Positions 1-10,757 are shown, numbered from the stretch's first letter. The stretch is DNA of 53,466 bases from Lentisphaeria bacterium (GCA_015486135.1 WFSE01000009.1:1-53466), one strand, 5' to 3'. Notes: generated from the letters alone by a model not told the origin. Made by a program: numbers and translations.

Positions 1-17
1 CGAAGGCAACGTGATCA

Positions 18-177
18 GCGGTGCGTTTCCGGCTTTCGCGAAATTGGCAAATGCCTCAAATCGTTAGTCGTCTCCAAGGTTTCTGGGAGGTCCCTTACCA
101 AAGCCTTGGAGACGACACTGCTAAAAAGGAATTTAACCCTATGAAAATAAAGCACTTGCCAATTATTCAGTGAGCCC
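18..177 (+). mobile_element. MITE-like structured repeat (copy)
   Basis: Ends in GCACTTGCCAATTATTCAGTGAGCCC; nested IRs at 42-54/152-164 and 67-79/104-116. Confidence 0.8.
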
Positions 178-890
178 TATTTAGTGGGGCTTAGTATGTG
201 GTGGCTTCCTATAACCGCTGCGGTTTCGATGCGTAGAGTCCAAGGGCCTAGAGAGAGAGGGATTGCGCCGGCCTTCGCTAGAAGCTTCTCCTCCGATTCC
301 GTGAATCCCCCCTCGGGGCCGACAATCCACGCAACATTCGTGTCGCGTTCGCTATGTTGTGGGGGGGGATTCGCTTCGCGCGTGTTCGTTCGCGTGGCAC
401 CGAAGTACGATTGTTTCATGGATTTCAGGCGGACTAGCATTTCGGAGAAGGGGATGGTTTTGTTTTCGATTTCCGGGAACCAAGGGTTGCCTGATTGTTT
501 GCATCCCTCGATTATGATGCGCCGCATCCTTTCGAATGCCGTTTTGCCGCTGGGTTTCGCCACTGAACGTTCGGTGGCTATCAAGTGGACGCTCCACACT
601 CCCACTTCGGCACATTGTCTGAGCATGTGGTCTAGAGCGTGTTTCGCAGGGGCTGCGGAGAAAAGGCGTAATTTAAGGCGGGGACGCGGAACCCGCGAGA
701 TTTTTTCCACGAAGAGTTCGCCATCCTCTCCAACTGCGGCTTCGCCCAAGGCACCATGGCCATCGAGGAGTATCACTCTGTCACCGGCGGACGCTCTTAG
801 AACTTTTCTTAGATGCGTCGATTCGCGTTGCGGAAAGGAATCCCGCGGAAGCGTGCCGGTATTGATGGTTTCGCAATAGAAGCGACGCAT
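177..890 (-). CDS. rsmE: 16S rRNA m3U1498 methyltransferase RsmE
   Basis: HLRKVLR, GCKQSG, VGPEGGF and LGPWTLRIETAA motifs of the SPOUT RsmE family. Confidence 0.93.
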   Translation of the reverse strand: MRRFYCETINTGTLPRDSFPQRESTHLRKVLRASAGDRVILLDGHGALGEAAVGEDGELFVEKISRVPRPRLKLRLFSAAPAKHALDHMLRQCAEVGVWSVHLIATERSVAKPSGKTAFERMRRIIIEGCKQSGNPWFPEIENKTIPFSEMLVRLKSMKQSYFGATRTNTREANPPPQHSERDTNVAWIVGPEGGFTESEEKLLAKAGAIPLSLGPWTLRIETAAVIGSHHILSPTK

Positions 891-1007
891 CTACCGCTCT
901 CCTGAGATTGAGCCAACCAAACCATGGACGGCGTGTTATTAGGGCACTGTCCGTATCAATTCCACACAGGGGCCGACGGAGGATCCGCGGTCCGCGGGCT
1001 GGATGAA

Positions 1008-2120
1008 TCAGAGGCTTTCAACGACAAGGTCACCAACCTCGCTCGTGGAATATCCCATTTTACCTGCAGCCATGGATTTGAGCTTCGAGCCAGTGACTTT
1101 CGCAACCGCTGTTTCCACGGCTTTTGCCGCTTCGCTCTCTCCGACTTCGTCGAGTAGCATTGCGCCGGAGCATATTGCGGCCATTGGATTTATGACTCCC
1201 ATTCCAGTGTATTTGGGGGCGGATCCGCCGATTGGCTCGAACATACTCACACCATTTGGATTGATATTGCCACCAGCCGCTATACCCATCCCACCTTGAG
1301 TCATTGCTCCAAGATCGGTTATGATGTCGCCGAACATATTGCCCGTGACTATGACATCGAACCACTCCGGATTTTTGACCATCCACATGCAAGTGGCGTC
1401 GACGTGGCAGTAGTCGGTTTTAACTTGTGGGTAGTCTTCGGCTATTTCATAGAACGCGCGGTCCCAAAGGTCGTAGACGTAGGTGAGGACGTTTGTCTTG
1501 CCGCAGAGCGTCAGTTGGCCTATTTTTCCGGCAGCCTTGTCCTTTTCGCTCAGGCCCTTCCAAGGGGTGTCCGCCGTGTGGCGTTTCATGGCTTGCTCGA
1601 ATGCGTAGCGAAGGCAACGCTCGACTTGGACGCGGTTGTAAACCATTGACTGGACGGCCACCTCGCCTTTTGTCCCTTTCATTGTGAATCCACCGATTCC
1701 CGTGTACAGCCCGCCAGTGTTTTCGCGGACTACGAGGTAGTCGATATCTTTTGGGGTCTTTCCAGCCAGCGGTGTCTCTACGCCTGGAAATAGCTTCACC
1801 GGACGGAGGTTTATATATTGGTCCAATTCGAATCTGAGTTTGAGGAGGATGCCTTTTTCCAAAATACCTGGTTTGACATCCGGATGCCCGATGGCCCCTA
1901 GAAGAATGGCATCGAACTTCTTCAGGGTGTCGGCGGCGCTTTCGGGGAGGACTTCTCCAGTGTTTAGATAGCGGGTGCCGTCCCAGTCGAACGTCTCCAT
2001 GTCCAATTCGAACCCGAATTTATCGGCGGCGGCCTTCAACACCTTTACCGCTTCCGCTGTTACTTCGGGACCTGTGCCGTCACCAGGCAATACCGCTATT
2101 CTGTGTGTTTTTCCTGCCAT
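1008..2120 (-). CDS. leuB: 3-isopropylmalate dehydrogenase
   Basis: [32 protein letters not shown] and [12 protein letters not shown] motifs; start trimmed to [10 protein letters not shown] (ATG at 2120). Confidence 0.88.
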   Translation of the reverse strand: MAGKTHRIAVLPGDGTGPEVTAEAVKVLKAAADKFGFELDMETFDWDGTRYLNTGEVLPESAADTLKKFDAILLGAIGHPDVKPGILEKGILLKLRFELDQYINLRPVKLFPGVETPLAGKTPKDIDYLVVRENTGGLYTGIGGFTMKGTKGEVAVQSMVYNRVQVERCLRYAFEQAMKRHTADTPWKGLSEKDKAAGKIGQLTLCGKTNVLTYVYDLWDRAFYEIAEDYPQVKTDYCHVDATCMWMVKNPEWFDVIVTGNMFGDIITDLGAMTQGGMGIAAGGNINPNGVSMFEPIGGSAPKYTGMGVINPMAAICSGAMLLDEVGESEAAKAVETAVAKVTGSKLKSMAAGKMGYSTSEVGDLVVESL

Positions 2121-2184
2121 TGTAGTGCATCCTCGATAAATAGCCGACGCGGCACTTGTGGCCACGGGGACTGACTCCAAAAAA

Positions 2185-2260
2185 TGGTGCGCCCACCAGG
2201 ACTCGAACCTGGGACCCAGTGATTAAGAGTCACTTGCTCTACCAACTGAGCTATAGGCGC
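2185..2260 (-). tRNA. tRNA-Lys (anticodon CTT)
   Basis: Reverse complement is GCGCCTATAGCTCAGTTGGTAGAGCAAGTGACTCTTAATCACTGGGTCCCAGGTTCGAGTCCTGGTGGGCGCACCA: 76 nt cloverleaf, TTCGA T-loop, CCA end. Confidence 0.97.
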
Positions 2261-2273
2261 TTGAAAGAGGGGC

Positions 2274-2301
2274 AATATGCTACGGCTAAATATTTTTTCA
2301 A
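2274..2301 (-). promoter_or_regulatory. Putative sigma70 promoter for tRNA-Lys
   Basis: TTGAAA-N16-CATATT on the minus strand, 13 nt upstream of the tRNA. Confidence 0.45.
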
Positions 2302-2445
2302 ACTTTGTTTTCGCTGAAATTCAAGGCAATATGGCGGTGGGCGAGATCGTTTGACAATTATGGTGCGGCGCGTCATGTTCGAGTGTGGCGATGTCGCCAG
2401 CCAGTTGTCTTTCAAAGAGTTGTTACGGGTGATTGGAGGTCTTCG

Positions 2446-3966
2446 ATGTGCGGTAACGGACGAGAGATTGCGAAAATAGCCGTTGCGGCAGCTTTGGCGG
2501 TTCCGTCTACCGCCGCAGTTCTTCATGCGGCGGACGAGCGCCCCAATATTTTATTCTTCGAGGTGGACGACTTGATGTATCGGTTTGTCGGAGCCTTCGG
2601 GGGGAAGTTTATGGTGACGCCAAACATCGACTCGCTTGCCAGAAACGGAGTTTATTTTTCAAACGCTGTTTGCCAGGGAATGATGTGCGGTCCCTCGCGC
2701 AACTCCCTGATTACAGGCTTATATCCCCATAATCTCGGCTTTTACAGAAATGGGCAGATGGGAGACCTCAAAAAGGGAATATGGTCGATTCCCGCAGCGG
2801 TGAAACGCGCCGGATACACAACAGCATGGGTTGGAAAATGCCATGTTCATCCACCACGCACGAAACGCGGCGAGTCCGTGGCTAAGGCGCTGGAGAGTGA
2901 AATGGGGTTCGACTATGCCGTGGCTTCCCTGGGACGCGCCATGCTAGCCAATCGGGCGTTGCGGGGGAAGGAGGTCAAGGACGATGTCTATTTTAGTTTT
3001 CTGAAGAAACGCGGCTTATGGGAGACGTATTTGAACGACTGCAAAACCAAGGCGAAGGTGACATCATTGCCGGAAGATGCCTACCTGGACGGCTTCTACA
3101 CGAATACCGCTATCGAATGGCTTGGCAATTTGGACCGTCGGAAGCCCTTTTTCCTGTGGGTGAATTTGTCCTGTCCTCACGGTCCCTATGACGCGCCCCA
3201 AAAGTACCACGACCTTTACAAGGGCAAGAAAATTCCGCCTCCTTTGACCAATCGCTTCGGGGAGGATATTCCCGAGGGATTACTTAAGGACAATAGATCG
3301 GCTCATAACAATGCGGTGGAGGAGCATAGGCGCGGCATGGCGGCAAATGTCTCGTTTGTCGATGCGATGTTGGGCAAAGTGTTGGCGAAATTGGAGGCTA
3401 TGGGCGCTAAGGACGACACCGTGATATTTTTCTTTTCCGATCAAGGCGTGTTTATGGGAAACCACGGCAGGTTCCACAAGGGGTCGGTATTCAACGAGAT
3501 AACTAACGCCTGCCTGGTTATTTCATATTCCAAATTCAGAAAGGGGGTGGTGGACAGGCATCCTGTGGAGTTGATGGATATTGACGACACCGTCTTGGAT
3601 TTGGTTGGTGCGTCCAAGGAGGGCAAACGCATGTTGTTCGGCGCAAGCCTTCTGCCAATTCTCACGGGCAATGGCGAGTACAAACGTAAATACGCGTTCA
3701 GCGAGATCGAGGGATTCCAGTCATGTTTCGACGGGCGCTACCGTTATATCGCCAACGAAGAGAAGCCACTATTGTTCGATTTGACATCCGATCCAGGCGA
3801 GATGAAGAACATAGCGGAGGAGCGTCCCGAACTAGCTGAAAGGATGCGCAAGGCCACGGAGGAGTGGCTCGTGAGAACTGGAGCGCCATTGCCGGCGAGT
3901 TGTTTGAAAAAGGCTGGCAACCTCGAAAAGTGGCGGAGGCCTGTTCCAAATACGCGCGGACAATAG
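2446..3966 (+). CDS. Formylglycine-dependent sulfatase (secreted)
   Basis: RPNILFFEVDDL, CGPSR (CxPxR) and GYTTAWVGKCH motifs; signal-like N-terminus; TTGACA at 2351 supports the ATG at 2446. Confidence 0.92.
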   Translation: MCGNGREIAKIAVAAALAVPSTAAVLHAADERPNILFFEVDDLMYRFVGAFGGKFMVTPNIDSLARNGVYFSNAVCQGMMCGPSRNSLITGLYPHNLGFYRNGQMGDLKKGIWSIPAAVKRAGYTTAWVGKCHVHPPRTKRGESVAKALESEMGFDYAVASLGRAMLANRALRGKEVKDDVYFSFLKKRGLWETYLNDCKTKAKVTSLPEDAYLDGFYTNTAIEWLGNLDRRKPFFLWVNLSCPHGPYDAPQKYHDLYKGKKIPPPLTNRFGEDIPEGLLKDNRSAHNNAVEEHRRGMAANVSFVDAMLGKVLAKLEAMGAKDDTVIFFFSDQGVFMGNHGRFHKGSVFNEITNACLVISYSKFRKGVVDRHPVELMDIDDTVLDLVGASKEGKRMLFGASLLPILTGNGEYKRKYAFSEIEGFQSCFDGRYRYIANEEKPLLFDLTSDPGEMKNIAEERPELAERMRKATEEWLVRTGAPLPASCLKKAGNLEKWRRPVPNTRGQ

Positions 3967-4137
3967 GGGAGGGGGGAATTCTTCCGATTGACTTGACAAC
4001 CGCGGACTTGGCGCGAGATTTAAACATATCTTGAAGAAATTGGCTTGGGGTGTTCCGTTGAAGTGGTTGTATCCCTAAGTTTATACGTTCCGGACTTTTT
4101 CCGAGTCGGACGGGGCATGGGGTTTGCTTGCTAGGGA

Positions 4138-5025
4138 GTGTGCGGTTTGGGTCATTGTTTCGACAGGAAATTCGTGGATTTGCACACGCACAGCGTGGCT
4201 TCCGATGGTACGTTGACCCCAACGGAGATAGTGGAGTTAGCCGACAAAATAGGTTTGGCGGCTGTGGCGTTGGCTGATCATGACACCGTTTCCGGTGTGG
4301 CGGAGTTCTTGAAAGCGGGAGCGTCCTGTCCTGGATTGGAGGTTGTGCCAGGAGTTGAGATTTCCACCGACTTCGACCACAAGGAACTTCATATAGTTGG
4401 TCTATTTGTTGATGGCGACAACATACCTTTGAACGAACTTTTGCGCGAAATACGCAGCAACCGCAATAAGCGCAACGACCAACTTGTGGAGAAATTGCGT
4501 GGGCTGGGATTTGGTATAACTATCGAGGAGCTTCTCGAGGAGGCTGGAGGCGAGTCGATAGGACGTCCAATCGTAGCGAAAATCCTTGTGCGCAAAGGCT
4601 ATTTTTCGGAGCCACAGGAGGTGTTTGACAAATGCCTTAACCGGAACGGACCGGCGTACTGCAAAAGAATTCTGCCATCACCGGTTAGGGCGATAGATGC
4701 GATTCATGCGGCGGGAGGTTTGGCCATTTGGGCGCATCCACTCCACCGCGGAGGCAGAGACCGCTCATTTATGAGAAGAGTGCTCAAGGCGGTTGTCCCA
4801 TTGGGGCTGGATGGTGTCGAGGCCTATTACACCCAATTCACGCCGGAACAGACTCGGGCGGTTTTGGACGTGGCTGCGGAATTCGGGCTTGCCATTTCCG
4901 GCGGCTCCGATTTCCACGGCGCCAACCAGGCGGGTGTCGAGCTGGGCTCTGGGCGAGGAGAGCTTGAAGTCACTGTGGAGGTGTTCGATAATTTGCGTGA
5001 AATACGTACGGGTATCCCGTCGTAG
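4138..5025 (+). CDS. PHP-domain metal-dependent phosphoesterase (TrpH/YciV-like)
   Basis: DLHTHSVASDG, ADHDT, AHP and GGSDFHG motifs. Confidence 0.9.
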   Translation: MCGLGHCFDRKFVDLHTHSVASDGTLTPTEIVELADKIGLAAVALADHDTVSGVAEFLKAGASCPGLEVVPGVEISTDFDHKELHIVGLFVDGDNIPLNELLREIRSNRNKRNDQLVEKLRGLGFGITIEELLEEAGGESIGRPIVAKILVRKGYFSEPQEVFDKCLNRNGPAYCKRILPSPVRAIDAIHAAGGLAIWAHPLHRGGRDRSFMRRVLKAVVPLGLDGVEAYYTQFTPEQTRAVLDVAAEFGLAISGGSDFHGANQAGVELGSGRGELEVTVEVFDNLREIRTGIPS

Positions 5026-5048
5026 GTTATTTCTAAGGAGGTTTGGTT

Positions 5049-5879
5049 ATGAATTCGAAAAGAATCTTTGCGGGACTGGTTGTCTGTGCGGTTTTCGCGC
5101 TTTTCCAGGTGGTTTTGGCCGGAGACGACGCATCGTTGAAAGGGAAAGAGCTTTCCAACTCCGAAAAGGCGAAGATGCTCCTGGAGAAGGCTAGAAAGAC
5201 TATGAAGAGGATGAAAGGTTATTCTGCCACAATGCTCACCGAGAATCTAACCGGGAAATCAATGACATCCAAATATTACGCCCTGAATAATCCCGATGGC
5301 ACCGTTTCCATGAGAATGGAGACGGCGCATATTCCCCCGATGGTATTTATCACCAATAGTCAAGGCCACTGGTATATCGTTGGAGATGTAGCCATTAAAC
5401 TTAATTATATGACAAAAATGCAAGCGAACGCCATGGCGAATATTGGGCAGTTGCCGAAAGTCCAGGATGACGTTACGTATTCCGTTGAGAACGGCAAGAT
5501 AAATGATGTGGAGTGCTTTGTGGTAACGACCAAAATGTCTGACAAGCGCATAAAGGCCGCCGCGGATTTTATCCTGAAATCGCTTTCCGAGGATATGAGA
5601 AAAATAGTTCGGAAGAACAAGATGGATTTGACGGCGAATATCCCAGTGATGACAAAACTGTATATAGGTAAAGACGATTTGTTTGTTTATTCGGTGGAGC
5701 AGTACAGCAAAGCTGGGACGAGAATATCCCGGACAACCTACAAGGATGTGAAATTGAATGTCGCTCCAGATAAGCACCTGTTTGAAATCCCTGCGGACAA
5801 AAAGGTGAAAGTGGCTAAGACGATAATGGACCTCCCTAAGATAATGATGGGAGCTTCGAAAGAAAAAGTGAACAAGTGA
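5049..5879 (+). CDS. Exported protein, probable LolA-like fold
   Basis: Signal peptide; C-terminal YKDVKLNVAPDKHLFEIP typical of LolA-like proteins; RBS AAGGAGG. Confidence 0.6.
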   Translation: MNSKRIFAGLVVCAVFALFQVVLAGDDASLKGKELSNSEKAKMLLEKARKTMKRMKGYSATMLTENLTGKSMTSKYYALNNPDGTVSMRMETAHIPPMVFITNSQGHWYIVGDVAIKLNYMTKMQANAMANIGQLPKVQDDVTYSVENGKINDVECFVVTTKMSDKRIKAAADFILKSLSEDMRKIVRKNKMDLTANIPVMTKLYIGKDDLFVYSVEQYSKAGTRISRTTYKDVKLNVAPDKHLFEIPADKKVKVAKTIMDLPKIMMGASKEKVNK

Positions 5880-5940
5880 AAAGGTCCGTTGCGCAGAGAC
5901 TCCGGAGCCGGCGCTACAAAAAGACGCGGCATAATAAAGG

Positions 5941-5971
5941 ATAAAGCGCTTGCCAATTATTCAGCAGGCCC
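5941..5971 (+). repeat. MITE-like repeat (terminal part)
   Basis: ATAAAGCGCTTGCCAATTATTCAGCAGGCCC. Confidence 0.75.
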
Positions 5972-6055
5972 TAACATAAGACACTGGGCATCGCCACCGA
6001 TTGGCGCCGCCTTGAAAAGTTGTCCGTTTTATGCAACACGGAAGGAGGAGATCGC

Positions 6056-6325
6056 ATGGTAACCGCCGTGGTACTCATCAACGTCGAGAGGTCGGAGCTG
6101 AAGAATACAGTTGACTCGCTATTGGAAGTGGATGGAGTGACAGAGGTTTACACCGTTGCCGGAGAATACGACTTGGTAGCGATAATTAGAGTTTCCGACA
6201 ACGAGCGCCTGTCGAGCATCGTCGCCGATGAGCTGACCCATAACTTCAAGGGCATAACACATGCGAAGACTCTTTTCGCTTTAGGGGCGCATTCCAGATA
6301 CGACTTGGAGAAGATATTCGGCTGA
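6056..6325 (+). CDS. Stand-alone Lrp/AsnC ligand-binding domain protein
   Basis: MVTAVVLINVE...GVTEVYTVAGEYDLVAIIR; RBS AGGAGGAG before the ATG at 6056. Confidence 0.85.
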   Translation: MVTAVVLINVERSELKNTVDSLLEVDGVTEVYTVAGEYDLVAIIRVSDNERLSSIVADELTHNFKGITHAKTLFALGAHSRYDLEKIFG

Positions 6326-6327
6326 TT

Positions 6328-7671
6328 TCAGTCCGTGCTCTTGTTTCGGAGTATCGAGAGGATCGCATTTTTAGCGTCGTTTTTCGAGGATATGGCGCCT
6401 TCGAGCGTCATATCTGTTAGTGTAGCCATGATTTTTCCGACATCTGGACCTTCCTGTACTCCCATAGCAATGATTTCCCTTCCGTTGAGAAGGGGAGGTG
6501 GTAGCTTGGTCTGATTCGATACCTCGGCCAGCTTGTCGAGCAGGAATGCGTAGATGTCGAATTTCCGGTGGCTGGAGGCGCAATCCACACGGTGTAGTTC
6601 CAGCTCGACGGGGAACGATGGCGCCGCCAAAAGCCGTCTGAGCTTCGCCTCGCGCATTTTGGGTGAGTGGGCTAGTCGCATGTGTCCACTCACGGCGGCG
6701 ACGACCGTTTCCCTGGTTTTATTGGGAAACTTGAATCGTCTGAGAATCCCGTCCGCGATTTCCGCGCCTAGGCAGTCGTGCCCGTGGAATCTTTCAACAC
6801 CATCGTCGCCTATTCGCAATGTGTCTGGCTTGCCGACATCGTGCAGGAGGACCGCCCACATGGTTTCCATGTCCGGTGCCGCGACGGCATCCAGAGCCAA
6901 AACGGTGTGTTCGAAAACATCACCTTCGGGGTGGTATTGTTTGGGCTGGGGGATCCCTCTAAACGCATCCACTTCGGGTATTGCCACCGCCAACGCTCCA
7001 ATATCGGCGAGTGAGCGTAATGCCTGTCCCGGCCGCGGCCCCGTCAGCATTTTGCTCAACTCGTCGCGTACGCGCTCCTTGGAGAGACTGTTCAATCCTT
7101 TGACGTTGGCACATATGGCGGCGGTTACTCCATCGTCCATCTTGAAGTCGAATCGATTGGCGAATCTTACTGCTCTGAGAATGCGCAGATAGTCCTCGGC
7201 GATTCGTTCCGAGGGGTTTCCCACGGCGCGGATGATTCCACGGTCGAGGTCCTCTTTGCCCCCAACGAAATCGCGCACCTCCCCGGAAATTGGGTCCAAA
7301 AACATGGCGTTGATGGTGAAGTCCCGCCTTAGTGCATCGATTTCGGGCGAATCAGAGTAGGATACTTCGTCGGGATGGCGTCCGTCAGCGTATCCCCTTT
7401 CGGAGCGGTATGTGGCTACCTCGAAGGGCGTTCCATCGACGAGGACGTTGACGACACCAAACGCGGCCCCGACGGCGAACGATTCCGGAAACAGTTCCAT
7501 AACTTGCTCCGGTGTCGCGGAAGTCGCGATATCGATGTCGGCGTTACTGGATGTTGCTCCCAGGAGTAGATCTCTTACCGCACCTCCTGCGAAATACGCG
7601 GAGTATCCTTTCGTTTTGAGGATTTCCACCAATCCGCGGGCCTTGTCCCAAGCTGAAGTGCTGTTGCTCAT
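6328..7671 (-). CDS. cca: CCA-adding tRNA nucleotidyltransferase with HD domain
   Basis: GGAVRDLLLG, DIDIAT, RRDFTINAM, EDYLRILRAVRF and LLHDVGKP motifs. Confidence 0.88.
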   Translation of the reverse strand: MSNSTSAWDKARGLVEILKTKGYSAYFAGGAVRDLLLGATSSNADIDIATSATPEQVMELFPESFAVGAAFGVVNVLVDGTPFEVATYRSERGYADGRHPDEVSYSDSPEIDALRRDFTINAMFLDPISGEVRDFVGGKEDLDRGIIRAVGNPSERIAEDYLRILRAVRFANRFDFKMDDGVTAAICANVKGLNSLSKERVRDELSKMLTGPRPGQALRSLADIGALAVAIPEVDAFRGIPQPKQYHPEGDVFEHTVLALDAVAAPDMETMWAVLLHDVGKPDTLRIGDDGVERFHGHDCLGAEIADGILRRFKFPNKTRETVVAAVSGHMRLAHSPKMREAKLRRLLAAPSFPVELELHRVDCASSHRKFDIYAFLLDKLAEVSNQTKLPPPLLNGREIIAMGVQEGPDVGKIMATLTDMTLEGAISSKNDAKNAILSILRNKSTD

Positions 7672-9446
7672 CGCCGTTTTTCGTGGATATTTTTAACGGT
7701 CAATTCCGGCTCAAGTGTGGGAATAGGGCGGGGGGTGGCTTTCTCCCCTTTCGCATATGCGTCTATTTGCCTGAACAAATCAGCCAAATACTTGCTGATT
7801 TCCACCGTGGAGAACGTTTCGTCGCTGGTATTGTTTACGACTTTCAGAATGTCCCGGGCGGTTGCGGCCGCGTTGGCGTTTCCAGCCTTGCCCATGTCCA
7901 CACAAGCTAGAAGCGCGGAGGCGCGGGAGTAGTCGATATCGAAAATCATTTGCCCCCCCCTGATCCGAATGATTTTGGTTAGGACGATTTTACGTAGCCA
8001 CTGCGTGACGCGAGGATCCGTGGAATTCACTTTCGAGAGTCCCCAACAGGCGTATGAGCGGATATCGGGGCTTCCCGTGATACGCTTGGCCGCCTTTAGC
8101 AGGGCCGGGGCGAAAAAGGTGTCGCCAATACGTCCCATCCATAACAACGCCTCTTTGGCTACTTCCGTTGTTTGATCCTCGGAAAGTTTGACTAAAACTG
8201 CGAAGGAGGGTTTCTTGGCAAATACTCCCAAGGCGGTTGCCACGGCTCGCCTAACACCAGGAGATTTGCTGTTGGCCTTGGCGGCTACAGTTCGCCATGC
8301 CTTGGTGTAGCCAAGTTTCCCAAGCGTTTCGACGCATCTTCTTGAAAGGTCCTCGTCGGTGGTGCTAGCGAGCAATTTCTCTACTTTTTCCGCAAACTCC
8401 TTGGCGTTGAGCAATCCTATCGCCGTGACGGCGGAATGCCTGGACTTTAGGTTATCCAGTAATTCCCCCCCTATCTTTTTCTTGGTTTCATCGTCGGGAA
8501 ATATCGCGGCGATCGCATTTTCCGCCGCGGTTCTGACTCGTTCGTCTTTGTCGGAAAAAGCCTTGATCACGGCTCCCACCGCTGTGGCGCTTTTGAAATA
8601 TCCCAACGACAAAATAGCCAAACGGCGCGTTTCGGAGTCTGGATCGGAGGCTAAGTTTACAAGAGTGTTCAGAATCTTTGGTGGCGAATGCGCGGTGGCG
8701 ACCATCCCCCGGACGGAGGTGGAAGTGTCCTTGGATAGCCGTGCCAAAAGTTGTGCGCCACGGGCATTATCAATCAAGGCTTTAGCCAATGCCATCCGTA
8801 CAATGACGCTGGGGTCCCCGATGACTTTTTGTAGCGCTTGGTCGCTATCCGGGTTTTTTGATTTGCCGGCCAAGATCGCGGTGACTCCGGCTCTGTTTTC
8901 GTCGAATTCGGAGCCGAGTAATTTTCTCAGTTCGGAATCGTTGCACGCATTAGGAACGGCCCGAAGTTCCTTCCAGAGAAGTGAGCGGACGAACAGCGAC
9001 TTCTCTTTCCCTAGCATGCGTAGCACAACGTCGGCATCGCCGGACGCATCCAAATACAACACAGCCGCCTTGCCCCGGATCGATGGTGCTTCCGAAGTCA
9101 TCAATTTCGCCATCAAGCTCCGATGCCCGCATTTAGCGGTTTTTCTTAACGCTAATAGCGCCGACAAAATGTCCGCCTTCACCAATTCGTCTTTTTCCGT
9201 TCCTAGCATTAGTACGAGTTTCTCCACTGCTTTGGGGTTGTTGGATTGCGCTAGGGAAATGGCGATTTGGGAGCGGATTCGGGGGTCTTTTATCTGACCG
9301 AAAAACTTGAATTGCTCCTCTAGCTTGGTGGAGTTGATAAAAGTGACGTTGTTCGGGGGGGGGGTGTTGCGGGCGCTCAGCGGCCCCTTTTCCCATATTG
9401 GGATTATCAACGTGTAGAAGGCCGTTAGAGATGCTAGTATCTTCAT
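7668..9446 (-). CDS. HEAT-repeat protein
   Basis: Repeated D-x-x-x-x-VR-x-x-A-x-x-ALG units; start/stop overlaps with hisC and cca. Confidence 0.8.
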   Translation of the reverse strand: MKILASLTAFYTLIIPIWEKGPLSARNTPPPNNVTFINSTKLEEQFKFFGQIKDPRIRSQIAISLAQSNNPKAVEKLVLMLGTEKDELVKADILSALLALRKTAKCGHRSLMAKLMTSEAPSIRGKAAVLYLDASGDADVVLRMLGKEKSLFVRSLLWKELRAVPNACNDSELRKLLGSEFDENRAGVTAILAGKSKNPDSDQALQKVIGDPSVIVRMALAKALIDNARGAQLLARLSKDTSTSVRGMVATAHSPPKILNTLVNLASDPDSETRRLAILSLGYFKSATAVGAVIKAFSDKDERVRTAAENAIAAIFPDDETKKKIGGELLDNLKSRHSAVTAIGLLNAKEFAEKVEKLLASTTDEDLSRRCVETLGKLGYTKAWRTVAAKANSKSPGVRRAVATALGVFAKKPSFAVLVKLSEDQTTEVAKEALLWMGRIGDTFFAPALLKAAKRITGSPDIRSYACWGLSKVNSTDPRVTQWLRKIVLTKIIRIRGGQMIFDIDYSRASALLACVDMGKAGNANAAATARDILKVVNNTSDETFSTVEISKYLADLFRQIDAYAKGEKATPRPIPTLEPELTVKNIHEKRR

Positions 9447-10513
9447 TTTCGTTCCCCTTGCGGGACCAGACGCGTCAGCGCCTCCAGTAGAAAATCAATC
9501 TCGTTCGCAGTGCCTACCGTGACCCTGATATAATTGCGCACCCGCTCCTCGTCAAACCACCTGACGAGAACTCCTTCGTCCCTGAGTCGCATGTAGATCC
9601 GTTGGGCGTCTCCATCGGGAGGGGATGCCAAAACGAAATTGGCGTGTGACTCGGGAACGTCGAAGCCGAGGGCCAGCAATCCCGAGATTAGTTTTGCGCG
9701 GGATTCGCGGACGCGAGCTATGTTTTTCGCCAACCACTCGGAGTCGCCTAGGGCAACGGCCCCCAATCGTTGCGATATGGCATTGACGTTATAGGAGTCC
9801 TTAACTTTCATCATGCCCGACACAATCTCATTCGACGCTATGGCATATCCCAACCTGAGCCCGGCTAGCGAATGGCTCTTGGAAAGGGTTCGGCCAACCA
9901 CGACGTTGCCGCATTCCAGCGCCAAGTCCAGGCAGTTGTCGTCGGCGAATTCCACGTAGGCTTCGTCTATTAGCACAACACCATTGAACCGAGCGCATAG
10001 CCGTTTCACGGCGTCTTTCGCAAATGCCGTTCCAGTTGGGGCGTTCGGCCTGGGTAGCATGAGTAATGACGCCCCTTCCGCCTGTTCCGCAAAATCATCG
10101 GGCAGGGAAAAGTCGGCCGCCAATGGTATCTCGACGCACGCGGCTCCTTGTATGGCCGCTAATGTTCTGTAGAGGGTGTAGGAGGGGGAGGGGCACGCCA
10201 TTTTTCCTCCTTCCGGCACGAAACAGCGGGTGGCGATGGTCAGAATGTCGTCGGAGCCATTGCCCACGATCACATTTTCCAAATCGACTCCATGCTCCAT
10301 TGACGCGGCCGCGCGGAACTCCGAGCCCATGGGGTCGGGATACAAGCGCAGGCCCGCGGGGTCGAAGTTTTTCAGCGCTTCGGCAACCTTGGGGGACGGT
10401 GGATATGGATTTTCGTTAGTGTTCAACTTAACGATCGAAGCTCCGGAGGACGGTTGTTCCCCCGGCGTGTACCCCGCCATGCGTTCTATGTTTTCTCTGA
10501 AAAGAGTGCCCAC
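9443..10513 (-). CDS. hisC: Histidinol-phosphate aminotransferase
   Basis: KLNTNENPYPPS, GNGSDD, DEAYVEF and RTLSKSHSLAGLRLG motifs. Confidence 0.95.
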   Translation of the reverse strand: MGTLFRENIERMAGYTPGEQPSSGASIVKLNTNENPYPPSPKVAEALKNFDPAGLRLYPDPMGSEFRAAASMEHGVDLENVIVGNGSDDILTIATRCFVPEGGKMACPSPSYTLYRTLAAIQGAACVEIPLAADFSLPDDFAEQAEGASLLMLPRPNAPTGTAFAKDAVKRLCARFNGVVLIDEAYVEFADDNCLDLALECGNVVVGRTLSKSHSLAGLRLGYAIASNEIVSGMMKVKDSYNVNAISQRLGAVALGDSEWLAKNIARVRESRAKLISGLLALGFDVPESHANFVLASPPDGDAQRIYMRLRDEGVLVRWFDEERVRNYIRVTVGTANEIDFLLEALTRLVPQGERK

Positions 10514-10604
10514 AAGCCGTTCCCCAATCGGTCCGGATTACCACCAACACGTCTTTTAGCGACTGCCAGTAATAAACGGCTGTGATTGATGTTTTCAAGA
10601 AGCG

Positions 10605-10735
10605 CAAGTGTCTCAAATTGAGAGGAAAACACTAGCCATCTCCAAGGGAGGCGGGAGCATCACTCACAAAACCTTGGAGATGACACCACTAAAAACAGAT
10701 TTAACCCAATAATAATAAAGTGCTTACCAATTATT
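10605..10735 (+). repeat. MITE-like repeat (degenerate copy)
   Basis: CATCTCCAAGG...CCTTGGAGATGACACCACTAAAAACAGATTTAACCC...TGCTTACCAATTATT. Confidence 0.75.
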
Positions 10736-10757
10736 GTCGGGGCTTGGTTGAGGATGG

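Noticed and set aside
18-177. Integron attC interpretation of the intergenic palindromic family
   Set aside because: No RYYYAAC/GTTRRRY core, copies occur in both orientations next to housekeeping genes, and there is no integrase in the window.
184-879. Long antisense ORFs (e.g. 184-879, 8359-9297, 20367-21086, 29872-30585, 49862-50479)
   Set aside because: They are shadows of well-supported genes on the opposite strand and have no recognisable motifs.
2121-2260. tRNA-Lys as an island integration site, or a leuB attenuator
   Set aside because: No duplicated tRNA 3' end or integrase seen, and no Leu-rich leader peptide in the 64-bp gap.
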